From contig CBDBFB010000004.1 of assembly GCA_965204505.1 (NCBI GenBank), positions 235,449-299,448 of the forward strand: a stretch of DNA of 64,000 nucleotides. The letters are read 5' to 3'. Under the pieces are notes generated by a model, which saw only the letters and a program-made list of their open reading frames with translations, did no database searches and had not been told where the DNA came from. Positions 1-8,677 of the stretch are shown one piece after another. The stretch is from an uncultured Candidatus Binatia bacterium (GTDB lineage Bacteria > Desulfobacterota > Binatia > UBA9968 > JAJDTQ01). Position 1 is the stretch's first letter. Every line of letters starts with the position of its first letter. The translations under genes and the position numbers were made by a program.

Positions 1-60
1 TCCACGTCGCGGTGGAACCCGCCGGGGGGCGACCGCCGGTCGCCCCTACCGATTCGGTTC

Positions 61-528
61 CTACGCCATCCGCTTGGCGGCCAGCTCCACCGCGTCGAAG
101 ATCTTGGTGTAGCCGGTGCAACGGCAGATGTTGCCGGAGATAGCCTCCTCGACCTCCTCGGCCGTGGGGGTCTTGGTGCGGTCCAGCAGCGCCTTGAGGG
201 AGACGATGAAGCCCGGCGTGCAGTAACCGCACTGCACCGCGCCGGTGTCGATGAAGGCCTGCTGCACCGGGTGCAGCTCCTCGCCGTCGGCGATGCCCTC
301 CACCGTGACCACGTCGGCCCCGGCGGCATCCGCTCCCAGCACCACGCAGGAGTTCACCGGCTTGCCGTCCATGATGATGGTGCAGGCGCCGCACTCGCCC
401 GTGTTGCAGCAGAGCTTGACGCCCTTGTAGCCCAGCGTGTCCCGCAGGAAGTCCACCAGCGCGGTGGACGGCTCCAGCTCGGCCGTGTGGGTCTTTCCGT
501 TTACCGTCAGTGTGATCTCCAGGCCCAT
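61..528 (-). CDS. [2Fe-2S]-binding small subunit of a xanthine dehydrogenase/CO dehydrogenase-family molybdoenzyme (CoxS/CutS-like)
   Basis: 155 aa; CNTGECGACT and CGYCTPG cysteine motifs, plus NICRCTGY; ATG at 526-528 preceded by GGAGG; overlaps upstream FAD-subunit stop by 1 nt; large subunit presumably lies beyond the window start. Confidence 0.85.
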   Translation of the reverse strand: MGLEITLTVNGKTHTAELEPSTALVDFLRDTLGYKGVKLCCNTGECGACTIIMDGKPVNSCVVLGADAAGADVVTVEGIADGEELHPVQQAFIDTGAVQCGYCTPGFIVSLKALLDRTKTPTAEEVEEAISGNICRCTGYTKIFDAVELAAKRMA

Positions 529-1397
529 CAGGCCACCTCCTTGCCGGTCAACGCTTGCCAGCACTGTTCCAGCCCACGGCGCGTCAGCGCGTCGACGATC
601 CAGCCGCGGTACTCGCCGCTGCTCCGCTGGTCGGTAATGGGACTCGATTCGGAAGCCGCGCTCGCTCCCGCTTCCTTCACCAGGGCGGCGTCCAGCGCCT
701 TGCCCGAAACCAGCGCCTCGGTCTTGGGGGCGCGGATGGGCGTGGGCGCCACCGCTCCCAGGCCGATGCGGACGTCGTCCAGCCCGGTCTTGTCCGCGTT
801 GGCGGCGGCCATCACCGCCACTCCCACCATGGCGATGTCCATGGGGCCGCGCACCGCGTGCTTGAGGTACACGGCGTGGCTTCCGTCGGCGGGGAAGGGC
901 ACGTTGATGCCCGTGAGCAGGCCCTTGGAGCCGAGGCTGGTCTCGCCCGGCCCCTTGAAGAACACGCTGAACGGCTCGGTGCGGGCGCCGTCGGAGAACG
1001 TCACCTCGGCCTCCGCCTCCAGCACCAGCAGCGGCGCCAGGGTCTCGCCCGAAGGAGAGGCCCGGCAGATGTTGCCGCCGATGGTCGCGGTGTTCCGGAT
1101 TTGCAGCGAAGCGAACTGGTGCGCCGCCGACCACAGGAGCGGCAACCGCTCGCGTACCAGGTCGCTCTCTTCGAGCTCGTGGATGGTGGCCAGCGGGCCG
1201 ATGCGGACGCCGCCGTTGCTCTCGCGGATGGCGTTCAGGTCCGGAATGCGCTTGATGTTCACCAGGCACCCGGGCTCGTCCTGGTACTTGATGTCCACCA
1301 TCACGTCCGTGCCGCCGGCGATGACCTCCGCCTGCTCGCCGTGCCGGTCGAGCAGCGAAAGCGCTTCGCTCACGGTCTTGGGTTCGAAGTAGTCCAT
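528..1397 (-). CDS. FAD-binding medium subunit of xanthine dehydrogenase/CODH family (CoxM/CutM-like)
   Basis: Start MDYFEPKTV at 1397 with GGAGG upstream; AGGTDV... and TIGGNI motifs typical of FAD-binding PCMH-type subunits; coupled to downstream CoxS-like gene. Confidence 0.8.
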   Translation of the reverse strand: MDYFEPKTVSEALSLLDRHGEQAEVIAGGTDVMVDIKYQDEPGCLVNIKRIPDLNAIRESNGGVRIGPLATIHELEESDLVRERLPLLWSAAHQFASLQIRNTATIGGNICRASPSGETLAPLLVLEAEAEVTFSDGARTEPFSVFFKGPGETSLGSKGLLTGINVPFPADGSHAVYLKHAVRGPMDIAMVGVAVMAAANADKTGLDDVRIGLGAVAPTPIRAPKTEALVSGKALDAALVKEAGASAASESSPITDQRSSGEYRGWIVDALTRRGLEQCWQALTGKEVA

Positions 1398-1502
1398 GGG
1401 GTGGGTGCCTCCCTGTGATTGGTTCCCCGAGTCTGACGCTTCTCTTAGCCCAGTCGCATGGCGAATGGCAAGACGCGCGGAGCGCGACGCCGACCCGGGA
1501 CC

Positions 1503-1745
1503 CGTCATTCCCGCGCAAGCGGCTGTCTCAATTCTCTCCGTGGTTAACGGACATGGCACCGACGCCCGCTATCGTCATTCCGGCGAAAGCCGGAATCCAG
1601 GAGGGAGGGGGCAGGGAATCACTCCCGTTTGCCCCTCCGACCCTTGGATTCCGGCTTTCGCCGGAATGACGATAGCGGGCGTCCTTGCCATTCCGTATCC
1701 AACAGCAGTTTGACACGGCCTGGCAAGCGGGAATCCAGGGAGCGG
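1503..1745. repeat. Composite palindromic REP-like element (family A): two ~100-bp arms in inverted orientation, each carrying hairpin tcattccggc-gaaa-gccggaatga
   Basis: Arm 1503-1601 is the near-exact reverse complement of arm 1643-1745; same ~100-bp unit recurs at 48592-48690 and the hairpin core at 20179-20207; six-frame translations give the spurious GESRNP...WIPAFAGMT peptides. Confidence 0.8.
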
Positions 1746-1874
1746 GGCAGGGCCGGGAAGGCGTAGCGGTCAAGTGCCCCAGGGTTCCAGTTGTCCGGCG
1801 GCAGTGTTATTGTCGTGGCGGGTCGTCGGCGGACTTGGTCGGTGCCCTTGGACATTCACTTGGGAGGAACGGCC

Positions 1875-2897
1875 ATGGCGAAGGAAAGCACGGAGTACCG
1901 GGAGCACTGGGGCAGGGAAGGGTTCGCGGGGACCGGGGTGAACGTCGCTCGAACGCACCACAGCCCCGACTTCATTTCCGTCACCGGCCCGCACGTCCCG
2001 CACCGGCTGAACGTCGGCGCCGTGGCTCTGCCGGATCGAGACGATGCGGCAGCGCTGGCGGTCCCGATCCACACGGGCCGCACCGGTGTTCAGCTCGGCG
2101 TTTCCGGGCGCACCCAACCCATGCCCTTCGTGCTGTCCAACGTCGAGGCCGACGAGGTGCATTTCGTGCACGAAGGGGAGCTGGAGTTCCGCACGGCCTA
2201 CGGCACTCTCACCGGGGAACCGGGCGACTTCGTGGTGATTCCGCGCGGCATTCCTTACCGCGTCCGCCCACAGGCAGGCACGAGCCTCTCGGTTATAGTT
2301 GAAACTCCCGGAGCGGTCCGCTTCGAGCCGTCGCCCACGTTCGGCACCGGGTTGCGGCGCGCGGTGATCGGCGAGGACGAGGCCCAGGACGTGGAGACGG
2401 TACTGCTGCTCAAGTCCCTCGACGGCGTCACCCGGTACGTCAAGCCGACGAATCCATTGGCGACCCAGGCCCTCCTGGACGGACCCAGCCCGGTGTGGAA
2501 GCTCAATCTCAGGGACGTCCCTACCGATCCAAACGGTCCTCCCGTTCAGTTCATCACCTCGCCCGGCCGGGACGAGCTGTTCTACAACCTGAGCGCCCGC
2601 CACAAGCGCCGGCCGCCCATCCACAACAACGTGGACTACGACGAGCTGATCTACTACTTCGAGGGCCCGGGCGCGTGGGGCGGCGTGAGCGAGCCGGGCA
2701 TGTTGACCTGCGTGCCCAAGGGCGTGATGCATCACGGGCCGTCCGAGGACGTGCCCGAGGGCTACTACGCCTGGATGCTGGAGTCGCGCTGCACCCTGCG
2801 CCTTACCGACGCCGGTGCCGCTGTCGCGGAGCTCATGGAGACCGATCTGTACGGCCCCCACGTTGCGGGCGGGAACGGCAAGGCCAACGGCCGGTAG
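1875..2897 (+). CDS. Cupin-fold dioxygenase, homogentisate 1,2-dioxygenase-like bicupin
   Basis: ATG 1875 after GGAGG; motifs HFVHEGELEF and VDYDELIYYFEG resemble cupin metal-binding motifs of HGD-like proteins; shorter (340 aa) than canonical HmgA so family assignment is tentative. Confidence 0.45.
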   Translation: MAKESTEYREHWGREGFAGTGVNVARTHHSPDFISVTGPHVPHRLNVGAVALPDRDDAAALAVPIHTGRTGVQLGVSGRTQPMPFVLSNVEADEVHFVHEGELEFRTAYGTLTGEPGDFVVIPRGIPYRVRPQAGTSLSVIVETPGAVRFEPSPTFGTGLRRAVIGEDEAQDVETVLLLKSLDGVTRYVKPTNPLATQALLDGPSPVWKLNLRDVPTDPNGPPVQFITSPGRDELFYNLSARHKRRPPIHNNVDYDELIYYFEGPGAWGGVSEPGMLTCVPKGVMHHGPSEDVPEGYYAWMLESRCTLRLTDAGAAVAELMETDLYGPHVAGGNGKANGR

Positions 2898-2909
2898 GCT
2901 GTAAAGCCG

Positions 2910-4142
2910 TTGCGTTGGCGTCCCCGACGTTCCCTGGACCGGGACGGCGGCCTGTCCTCCCTGGCCGTCCGTGACTTCCGGCTGCTCTACATCGCCCTTT
3001 TCGGAACCTCGGTCAGCTACCAGCTCCAGCGCACCATCGAGCTCTGGCTGGTCTACCAAATCACCGGCTCCCCCCTGTTGACGGGGTTCACCGGCTTGGT
3101 CCGCGGCTTGGCCACGGTGGTATTCCAACTGGCCGGAGGAGTCGTGGCGGACCGCATCGACCGGCTGCGGTTCGTGATCCTGGTCCAGGGCGTGAATGCC
3201 CTGATTACCCTGTCGCTGGGAACGCTGGCCCTCACCGGCCTGATCCAGGTGTGGCACATTTACCTGGCGGCCTTCGTGAACTCGACCCTGACCACCGCGG
3301 CCGAACCGGCGCGGACCGCCATGATCCCCGGGCTCGTGCCGCGGGAACTGCTGGTCAATGCCTTCGCCCAGGTCGCGTCCGTGCGCAAACTGTCGCAACT
3401 CGTCGGCCCCGCGGTGGGCGGTATCCTGATCGGCGCCGCCGGCTCCGGATGGACCTACGGGGTGGCCTGCCTGATCTATATCGTGTCCGTCCCGATCATG
3501 GTCTGCATGCGCTACCAGTCCGGGCCCCTGGACCGGGAGCAGCCCCCGGTAAAGAGCCTGCTCGAGGGGATCGACTTCATCCGGCGCAACTCGCTGATCG
3601 TCGTGCTGCTGGTGACCGAGTTCGCGGCGGTCTTCTTCGGCAGCTACCGCGCGCTGCTGCCGATCTTCGCCGTGGCCATGGGACTCGGGCCCGAGGGCCT
3701 TGGCATCCTGCTGGCCGCGCCGGCGCTGGGCTCGCTCCCTGGCGTGGCCGCGATCATGTGGCTGGGGAATATCTCCTACAAGGGCCTGTTCATCGCGTTC
3801 AGCGTCATGGCCTACGCCGGCTGCCTTTTCGGGCTGGCGTTCTCGACATGGTTTCTCGGATCGGTGGCGATCCTGTTCCTGGTGGGTGTTTTCGACGCCC
3901 TGCAAGCCGTGGTGCGCCAGGTCGTGATCCAGGCCCGCACCCCGGACAACCTGCGAGGGCGCGCCGCGAGCTTCCAGCGCATCCTGGGCGTAGGCGCCCC
4001 CTCCCTCGGCGAGGCCCATTCCGGCGCCATCGCCGCGCTGATCGGCGCGCCGTGGACGCTGATGGTGACGGCGGCGGTCTGTATCGGGCTGACCGCGGGG
4101 CTGGTGGTCAAGCGGCCGGATCTGCGGGATCGGGATTTGTGA
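2910..4142 (+). CDS. MFS transporter (12-TM, EntS/MFS_3-like efflux permease)
   Basis: Hydrophobic 410-aa protein with MFS-like N-terminal FRLLYIALFG..., DRIDR(L)R loop motif; only start available is TTG at 2910 (no in-frame ATG/GTG near N-terminus), so start uncertain. Confidence 0.7.
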   Translation: MRWRPRRSLDRDGGLSSLAVRDFRLLYIALFGTSVSYQLQRTIELWLVYQITGSPLLTGFTGLVRGLATVVFQLAGGVVADRIDRLRFVILVQGVNALITLSLGTLALTGLIQVWHIYLAAFVNSTLTTAAEPARTAMIPGLVPRELLVNAFAQVASVRKLSQLVGPAVGGILIGAAGSGWTYGVACLIYIVSVPIMVCMRYQSGPLDREQPPVKSLLEGIDFIRRNSLIVVLLVTEFAAVFFGSYRALLPIFAVAMGLGPEGLGILLAAPALGSLPGVAAIMWLGNISYKGLFIAFSVMAYAGCLFGLAFSTWFLGSVAILFLVGVFDALQAVVRQVVIQARTPDNLRGRAASFQRILGVGAPSLGEAHSGAIAALIGAPWTLMVTAAVCIGLTAGLVVKRPDLRDRDL

Positions 4143-4219
4143 CGCCGTTTCGATTGGGCGTTTGATTTCCCGTGACACTGACGAGCCAGAACGACGATGG
4201 TACAATGGAAGCATAGATC

Positions 4220-4241
4220 GGCAACCACGTTGCCGTTTGTC
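4220..4241 (+). terminator. Putative intrinsic terminator after MFS gene
   Basis: Perfect hairpin cggcaac-cac-gttgccg followed by TTTGT; lies at the high-GC/low-GC boundary of the islet. Confidence 0.35.
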
Positions 4242-4363
4242 CCGAAATCTGTCACGGAAAGACTTCACCACCGGTATGCAAGTGCGGGCGGCGGCGATCT
4301 TCGACTGTTTGCCTTGGATTTTGAATCTGCCGCGCGTCTTAAAGTCATGCGGGAGGCGTCGCT

Positions 4364-5491
4364 ATGAGTAAAGAACCATTCGTGAGGTTGCGTCTAGTCG
4401 GAGCGCGCTACGATGACCATTCTGTACCGCTAGAATTCTTGAGGGATATCGCCGTATTGGAAGAAATGATCGTCGAAGTCGCTAAGTTCATGTTTCTTCG
4501 GGATAATCCAGACCGGCAGCGGTCGCCCCGTGGATTCACTAAGGACATCCGCCTAGCGCTTGCGACGATTAGTCCCGGAAGTACAGCTCTGGAAATCCTA
4601 CTTGTCTCGGAGCCGCCGACTTTGCTTCCGACCACCAACCAAGCGTACTTCGGGAAGGCACGTGATCTGATCATCAGTGCGATTGATGCAGCAGAACACG
4701 AAGACCCCCTTCCACAGGAACTGCCGGAGACGACCCTGAGCTACTTCGATAAGGTCGGTAGAAGCCTCAAAGACGGCGAAGCTATCGAATTCGACAGTCC
4801 GGACCATAAGACCACGGCTACGCTCAACAGAGAGATTCGACGACGTTTGGTCCTTGCATCGTCCAAAGTGAAGGAACTCACCGAGGAGATAGCCATTCGA
4901 GGCACGGTTCCCGAGGCTGATCAGGACGATATGACTTTCGAGATTCTGTTGGCTGATCGCCACAAAGTACAGGCTCCGGCCTCGCCACAGCATCTCGACA
5001 CGATTCTCAGGGCATTCAACGGTTATGTGGACGGAATGCACGTGCTCTTTCAGGGAATTGGTCGCTTCAGTCGCAACGAGCAACTAGTCGGTTTTGATTC
5101 GATCGAGCACTTGAGTATTCTCGACGCGCTAGATGTTGGTGTACAGATCGATGAGTTGAGGTTGTTGGAGGATGGGTGGCTTGACGGAGAAGGACTAGCG
5201 CCCCCTTCGGATGGCCTCGACTGGCTGTACAGCGCGTTCGATCGACACTATCCCGACGAGGTGCCGTTACCGCACCTCTACCCTACAGAAGGCGGTGGCG
5301 TTCAGGCCGAGTGGTCCCTAGGTCCAAACGAGGTCACGTTTGACATTGACCTCGCCACCCACGTGGGCGAATGGCATGTACTCGACACGGAGTCCGACGT
5401 CGACAGCCAACGTACGCTGAACTGTGACAACAACGACGATTGGACGTGGCTGGTCGCGGAGATCGAGGCCATGATGTCGGGCAACGTATGA
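4364..5491 (+). CDS. Hypothetical protein (375 aa), no recognizable domain; first gene of low-GC two-gene islet
   Basis: ATG 4364 preceded by GGGAGG; local GC ~55% vs ~68% background; stop overlaps start of next gene (ATGA at 5488-5491). Confidence 0.6.
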   Translation: MSKEPFVRLRLVGARYDDHSVPLEFLRDIAVLEEMIVEVAKFMFLRDNPDRQRSPRGFTKDIRLALATISPGSTALEILLVSEPPTLLPTTNQAYFGKARDLIISAIDAAEHEDPLPQELPETTLSYFDKVGRSLKDGEAIEFDSPDHKTTATLNREIRRRLVLASSKVKELTEEIAIRGTVPEADQDDMTFEILLADRHKVQAPASPQHLDTILRAFNGYVDGMHVLFQGIGRFSRNEQLVGFDSIEHLSILDALDVGVQIDELRLLEDGWLDGEGLAPPSDGLDWLYSAFDRHYPDEVPLPHLYPTEGGGVQAEWSLGPNEVTFDIDLATHVGEWHVLDTESDVDSQRTLNCDNNDDWTWLVAEIEAMMSGNV

Positions 5492-5865
5492 CACCTGATA
5501 CCTTACTCCTCCGGCAGATCAATCCACGCTGGATACGAGAAGGAAGAGTCACGTCGCAGGCGTTTAAGCCGACCGCAAAGGACAACAAGAGACTGTCCGT
5601 GCATGACGGCGACCAAACGACAGCCGAGGAGGCGTATCGTCGCTACACCGAACAACTAGGGTTGACCTCGTCTGGCGTCATGGCCGTGACAGTCCAAGAA
5701 TGCCAGAAACAGAGTTTACCAGTGACGCCCGATCCGGAGCCGTTCCCGGAACATGTCGTAATCGATTTCGTTTCGTACTCCAACGCGCAGATTGAGGCGA
5801 AGGCGAAGCAGTTGACAAAGGCGGCTCGACTGCGGGACTGGCTTTATCAGAGGGACGACCAGTAA
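5488..5865 (+). CDS. Hypothetical protein (125 aa), translationally coupled to upstream gene
   Basis: ATG at 5488 overlaps upstream TGA (ATGA); ORF-track version starting at 5440 is an upstream extension; no recognizable motif. Confidence 0.5.
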   Translation: MTPDTLLLRQINPRWIREGRVTSQAFKPTAKDNKRLSVHDGDQTTAEEAYRRYTEQLGLTSSGVMAVTVQECQKQSLPVTPDPEPFPEHVVIDFVSYSNAQIEAKAKQLTKAARLRDWLYQRDDQ

Positions 5866-5928
5866 GCATGCCGCTATTGGGCACCAGAGGCCATTCGGAC
5901 TGTCCGTATACAGGAAGCTAAAACGTAC

Positions 5929-7371
5929 CTAACGCAACTCCGGCTTCCTCTTATACCATCCCGCCGCCTGCTCATAAGCGTGGGCCACCTGGAACACCTG
6001 GTTTTCCCGGAAGCACGCCCCGACGATCTGCAACCCGATGGGCAGTCCGCCGTCCGTGAACCCGCAGCACACGCTCAGCACCGGCAGGCCGGTGACGTTG
6101 AAGGGGATGGTGCAGCGGGTGCCGATGCTGCCGCTGGGGTGGCGGAAGGGGATGCGGCGGCCGTCGATTTCGGCGAAGCCCTGCTTGCATTCCTCGATGG
6201 TGGGGGCGGCGATGCCGACGGTGGGAGCGACGATCACTTGCACGTCGTGGAGGGCCTCCTCGAACTCGCGGCAGATGACGCGCCGGACCCGCTGGGAAGT
6301 GACGTAGGTCGAGGCGGGTATGGTTAGGGAGGCGATGTTGCGGTGCAGCAGTTCGCGGCTGTAGTCCCGGGGCTGTTTACGGATGTAGGGCTCGTGGGCG
6401 ACGAGGTTCTCGCACCGGCTGGTGGCGGTTTGCACCGCGGGGACCATATCCATGTGGGGTATGGTGACGTCCTTGACCTGCATGCTCAGGGCCTCCAGGG
6501 CGACGAGGGCGTCCCGGAATGCCTTGTCGACCTCGTCCACCATGAGTTCTTGAAAGTAGCTGTCGACGACGCCGACTTTCATGCCGGCGACGGCGGCGCC
6601 CAGGCTTTCCGTGTAGGCGGCCACCGGCTCGGCTGAGCATAGGGGGTCGTTGGGGTCCTCCCCGGCGATGGCCGCCAGCACCAGCGCGCAATCCTCCACG
6701 GTCTTGGTGAAGGGGCCGAAGTGGTCGGACGAGAAACCGCCGGTGCCGGCTACCCCGCCCCACCGGCTTACCCGGCCGTAGGTGGCCTTGAGGCCCACGG
6801 TGCCGCACCAGGCTGCCGGGTTGCGCACGGAGCCGGCGTTGTCGGTGCCGATGGAGACCGGGCACAGGTCGGCGGCCACCGCGGCCGCCGAGCCGCCGCT
6901 GGACCCTCCCGGCACGCGGGTCGTATCCCACGGGTTGTAGGTCGTGCCGAAGTAGGGGTTCATGGTGGTGCCGCCGCCGGCCCACTCGTGCATGTTGTTC
7001 TTGCCCAGGACGATGGCTCCGGCCTCCCGCAGGCGGGTGACCACGGTGGCGTCGAAGTCGGGTTTCCAGTCCGCGAGGATTTGGCTCCCGGCCGTGGTCG
7101 GGTAGCCCTTGACGGCGAGGTTGTCCTTGATGGACACCGGCACGCCGTGCAGCGGGCCGCGGTAGTTGCCGCCGGCGATCTCCTCTTCGGCGCGCCCGGC
7201 CTCTGCCAGGGCCTCGTCCTCCATGACGGTGCTGTAGGCGTTGATCACCGGGTTGAGGCGCTTGATTCGCTCCAGGTAGCAGGTGGTGACCTCCACCGGC
7301 GAGACCTCACGGGAGGCGATACGCGGGGCGAGGTTCGCGATGGTGAGGGTTGTGGGGTCCAGATCGGGCAT
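5929..7371 (-). CDS. Amidase (amidase-signature family, GatA-like)
   Basis: 480 aa; GGSSGGSAAAVA amidase-signature motif with catalytic Ser-cisSer-Lys context (SIKDN...GGSSGGS); ATG at 7369-7371. Confidence 0.85.
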   Translation of the reverse strand: MPDLDPTTLTIANLAPRIASREVSPVEVTTCYLERIKRLNPVINAYSTVMEDEALAEAGRAEEEIAGGNYRGPLHGVPVSIKDNLAVKGYPTTAGSQILADWKPDFDATVVTRLREAGAIVLGKNNMHEWAGGGTTMNPYFGTTYNPWDTTRVPGGSSGGSAAAVAADLCPVSIGTDNAGSVRNPAAWCGTVGLKATYGRVSRWGGVAGTGGFSSDHFGPFTKTVEDCALVLAAIAGEDPNDPLCSAEPVAAYTESLGAAVAGMKVGVVDSYFQELMVDEVDKAFRDALVALEALSMQVKDVTIPHMDMVPAVQTATSRCENLVAHEPYIRKQPRDYSRELLHRNIASLTIPASTYVTSQRVRRVICREFEEALHDVQVIVAPTVGIAAPTIEECKQGFAEIDGRRIPFRHPSGSIGTRCTIPFNVTGLPVLSVCCGFTDGGLPIGLQIVGACFRENQVFQVAHAYEQAAGWYKRKPELR

Positions 7372-7400
7372 GGGGTTTCCTTTCCCTGACTGTTGGAATG

Positions 7401-7584
7401 GCGTCCTTCGACTTCGCTTCGCTGGCGCTCCGCTACGCTTAGGACGAACGGCAAGAGGCTACCACACCTTTCGTTCCGATCCCTTCGACAAGCCTGTCCT
7501 GAGCTTATCGAAGGGTCAGGACCAACGGGAAATGGCTGTCACACCCGTTCGTCCTGAGCGTAGCGAAGCGAAGTCGAAGGACGC
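7401..7584. repeat. Composite palindromic element (family B): ~50-bp inverted arms flanking core cccttcgacaagcctgtcctgagcttatcgaagggtcagg
   Basis: Arm 7401-7451 is reverse complement of 7545-7584; core hairpin recurs at 16742-16770 and 22957-22980; source of spurious PVLSLSKG / CPEPVEG peptides in six-frame ORFs. Confidence 0.75.
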
Positions 7585-7587
7585 AAG

Positions 7588-8589
7588 TCAGTCGAGGTCC
7601 GCGCAGGCCGGGATAACCTCGCGCCCCCAGAGATCCATGACTTGGTCGAACACGCCCATGGGGGGCGTCAGCAGCACGTGGGAGACACCGGCCTCCGCCA
7701 GCGCACGGACACGCGCCGCGCACTCATTCGGCGTGCCGGCGATGGCGAAGCGTTGCAGCAGGTAGTCGGTGATGAGGGCGGGGTCGGCCCGTTCCTCCAG
7801 CGGCTTGCTGATGTCGAAGGCGGCCATGAAGCGCTCGACGCCGGCGCGCTCGTCCCGTGGTACGGTTTCCATGGTGAAGCGGAAGTTGTGATGGGCGCGG
7901 TTGGCCAAGCGGGCGCGCACCAGCTCGCGGGCCCGGTCGCCGTCCTGGTGGACGCAGATCATCCCCGCCAGGGCGATGTCGATGTCGGACGGCTCGCGTC
8001 CGCCTTCCCTGGCGCCGTCGGCGATTCGCGCTTGCGCCCACTCCAGCACGTCGATGTCGAACCCGGTGCCCAGCATGATGCCGTCGGCGTAGCGTCCGGC
8101 CACCCCCAGGCTCCGCGGTCCCACCGCGGCGACATAGACGGACACCGGCAGCCTGCCGGCGTTGAGAGCAACCGCGCCGGCTCCTTCCCGGCCCCGCGGC
8201 ACCTCGATAGAGCGTTCCTGGAGCAGCTCGCGGATGGTCGCCAGTCCGGCCGCGAATTCGGTTAGTGGCGTGGCCTTTCGTCCCAGCCGGTAGGTGGAGC
8301 CGTCGCCCGTCCCCAAGCCGAGGATTGCCCGGCCGCCGGAGAACTCGTTGGACGTGGCCGCGGACAGGGCCAGGGTCGTGGGGTCGCGGTAGGCCATGGT
8401 GGTGGCGGCGATGCCGAAGCGAAGGCGCTCCGTTCGCAGCGCGCACACCGTCATGGCCTGGAAACCGTCCAGGTTGTTCAGGTGGCCGTCGGCGAAGAAC
8501 AGGGCGTGGAAGCCCAGGGCTTCGGCGGCGACAGCCCTGCGCGTGATCTGGTCGGCGTTGCGAGCGGGGGAATGAATGGAGAAACGCAC
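7588..8589 (-). CDS. LLM-class (luciferase-like) flavin/F420-dependent oxidoreductase
   Basis: 333 aa with luciferase-like TIM-barrel signatures (ILGLGTGD, FAIAGTPNE); GTG start at 8587-8589 as in ORF track; start uncertain. Confidence 0.65.
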   Translation of the reverse strand: MRFSIHSPARNADQITRRAVAAEALGFHALFFADGHLNNLDGFQAMTVCALRTERLRFGIAATTMAYRDPTTLALSAATSNEFSGGRAILGLGTGDGSTYRLGRKATPLTEFAAGLATIRELLQERSIEVPRGREGAGAVALNAGRLPVSVYVAAVGPRSLGVAGRYADGIMLGTGFDIDVLEWAQARIADGAREGGREPSDIDIALAGMICVHQDGDRARELVRARLANRAHHNFRFTMETVPRDERAGVERFMAAFDISKPLEERADPALITDYLLQRFAIAGTPNECAARVRALAEAGVSHVLLTPPMGVFDQVMDLWGREVIPACADLD

Positions 8590-8677
8590 ACATGACTCCT
8601 TGCAGGGAGGTGCAAAGGATCGTTGGGGCGGGTTTCAGACCCGCCCGTGCATCGGACCGGCGGCCCGGGGCGGGCCT

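Noticed and set aside
1396-1773. Short ORFs encoding the GESRNP...WIPAFAGMTIAGV peptides (1396-1713 +, 1528-1773 -, 48287-48661 -, 48261-48692 +)
   Set aside because: These are translations of the family A palindromic repeat. The same peptide recurs wherever the repeat occurs.
1770-4271. 833-aa minus-strand ORF antisense to the cupin and MFS genes; similar long antisense ORFs at 14357-15688, 23908-26517, 27236-29608, 41941-42519, 50638-53523 and others
   Set aside because: These are the open antisense frames typical of ~68% GC DNA. They have Arg/Gly/Pro-rich low-complexity translations and no motifs, and they overlap well-supported genes on the other strand.
8590-8677. Gene in the gap between LLM oxidoreductase and amidohydrolase, and ORFs 8592-8810 and 8623-8904
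   Set aside because: These short Arg/Pro-rich ORFs overlap the amidohydrolase on the opposite strand and have no ribosome-binding site.
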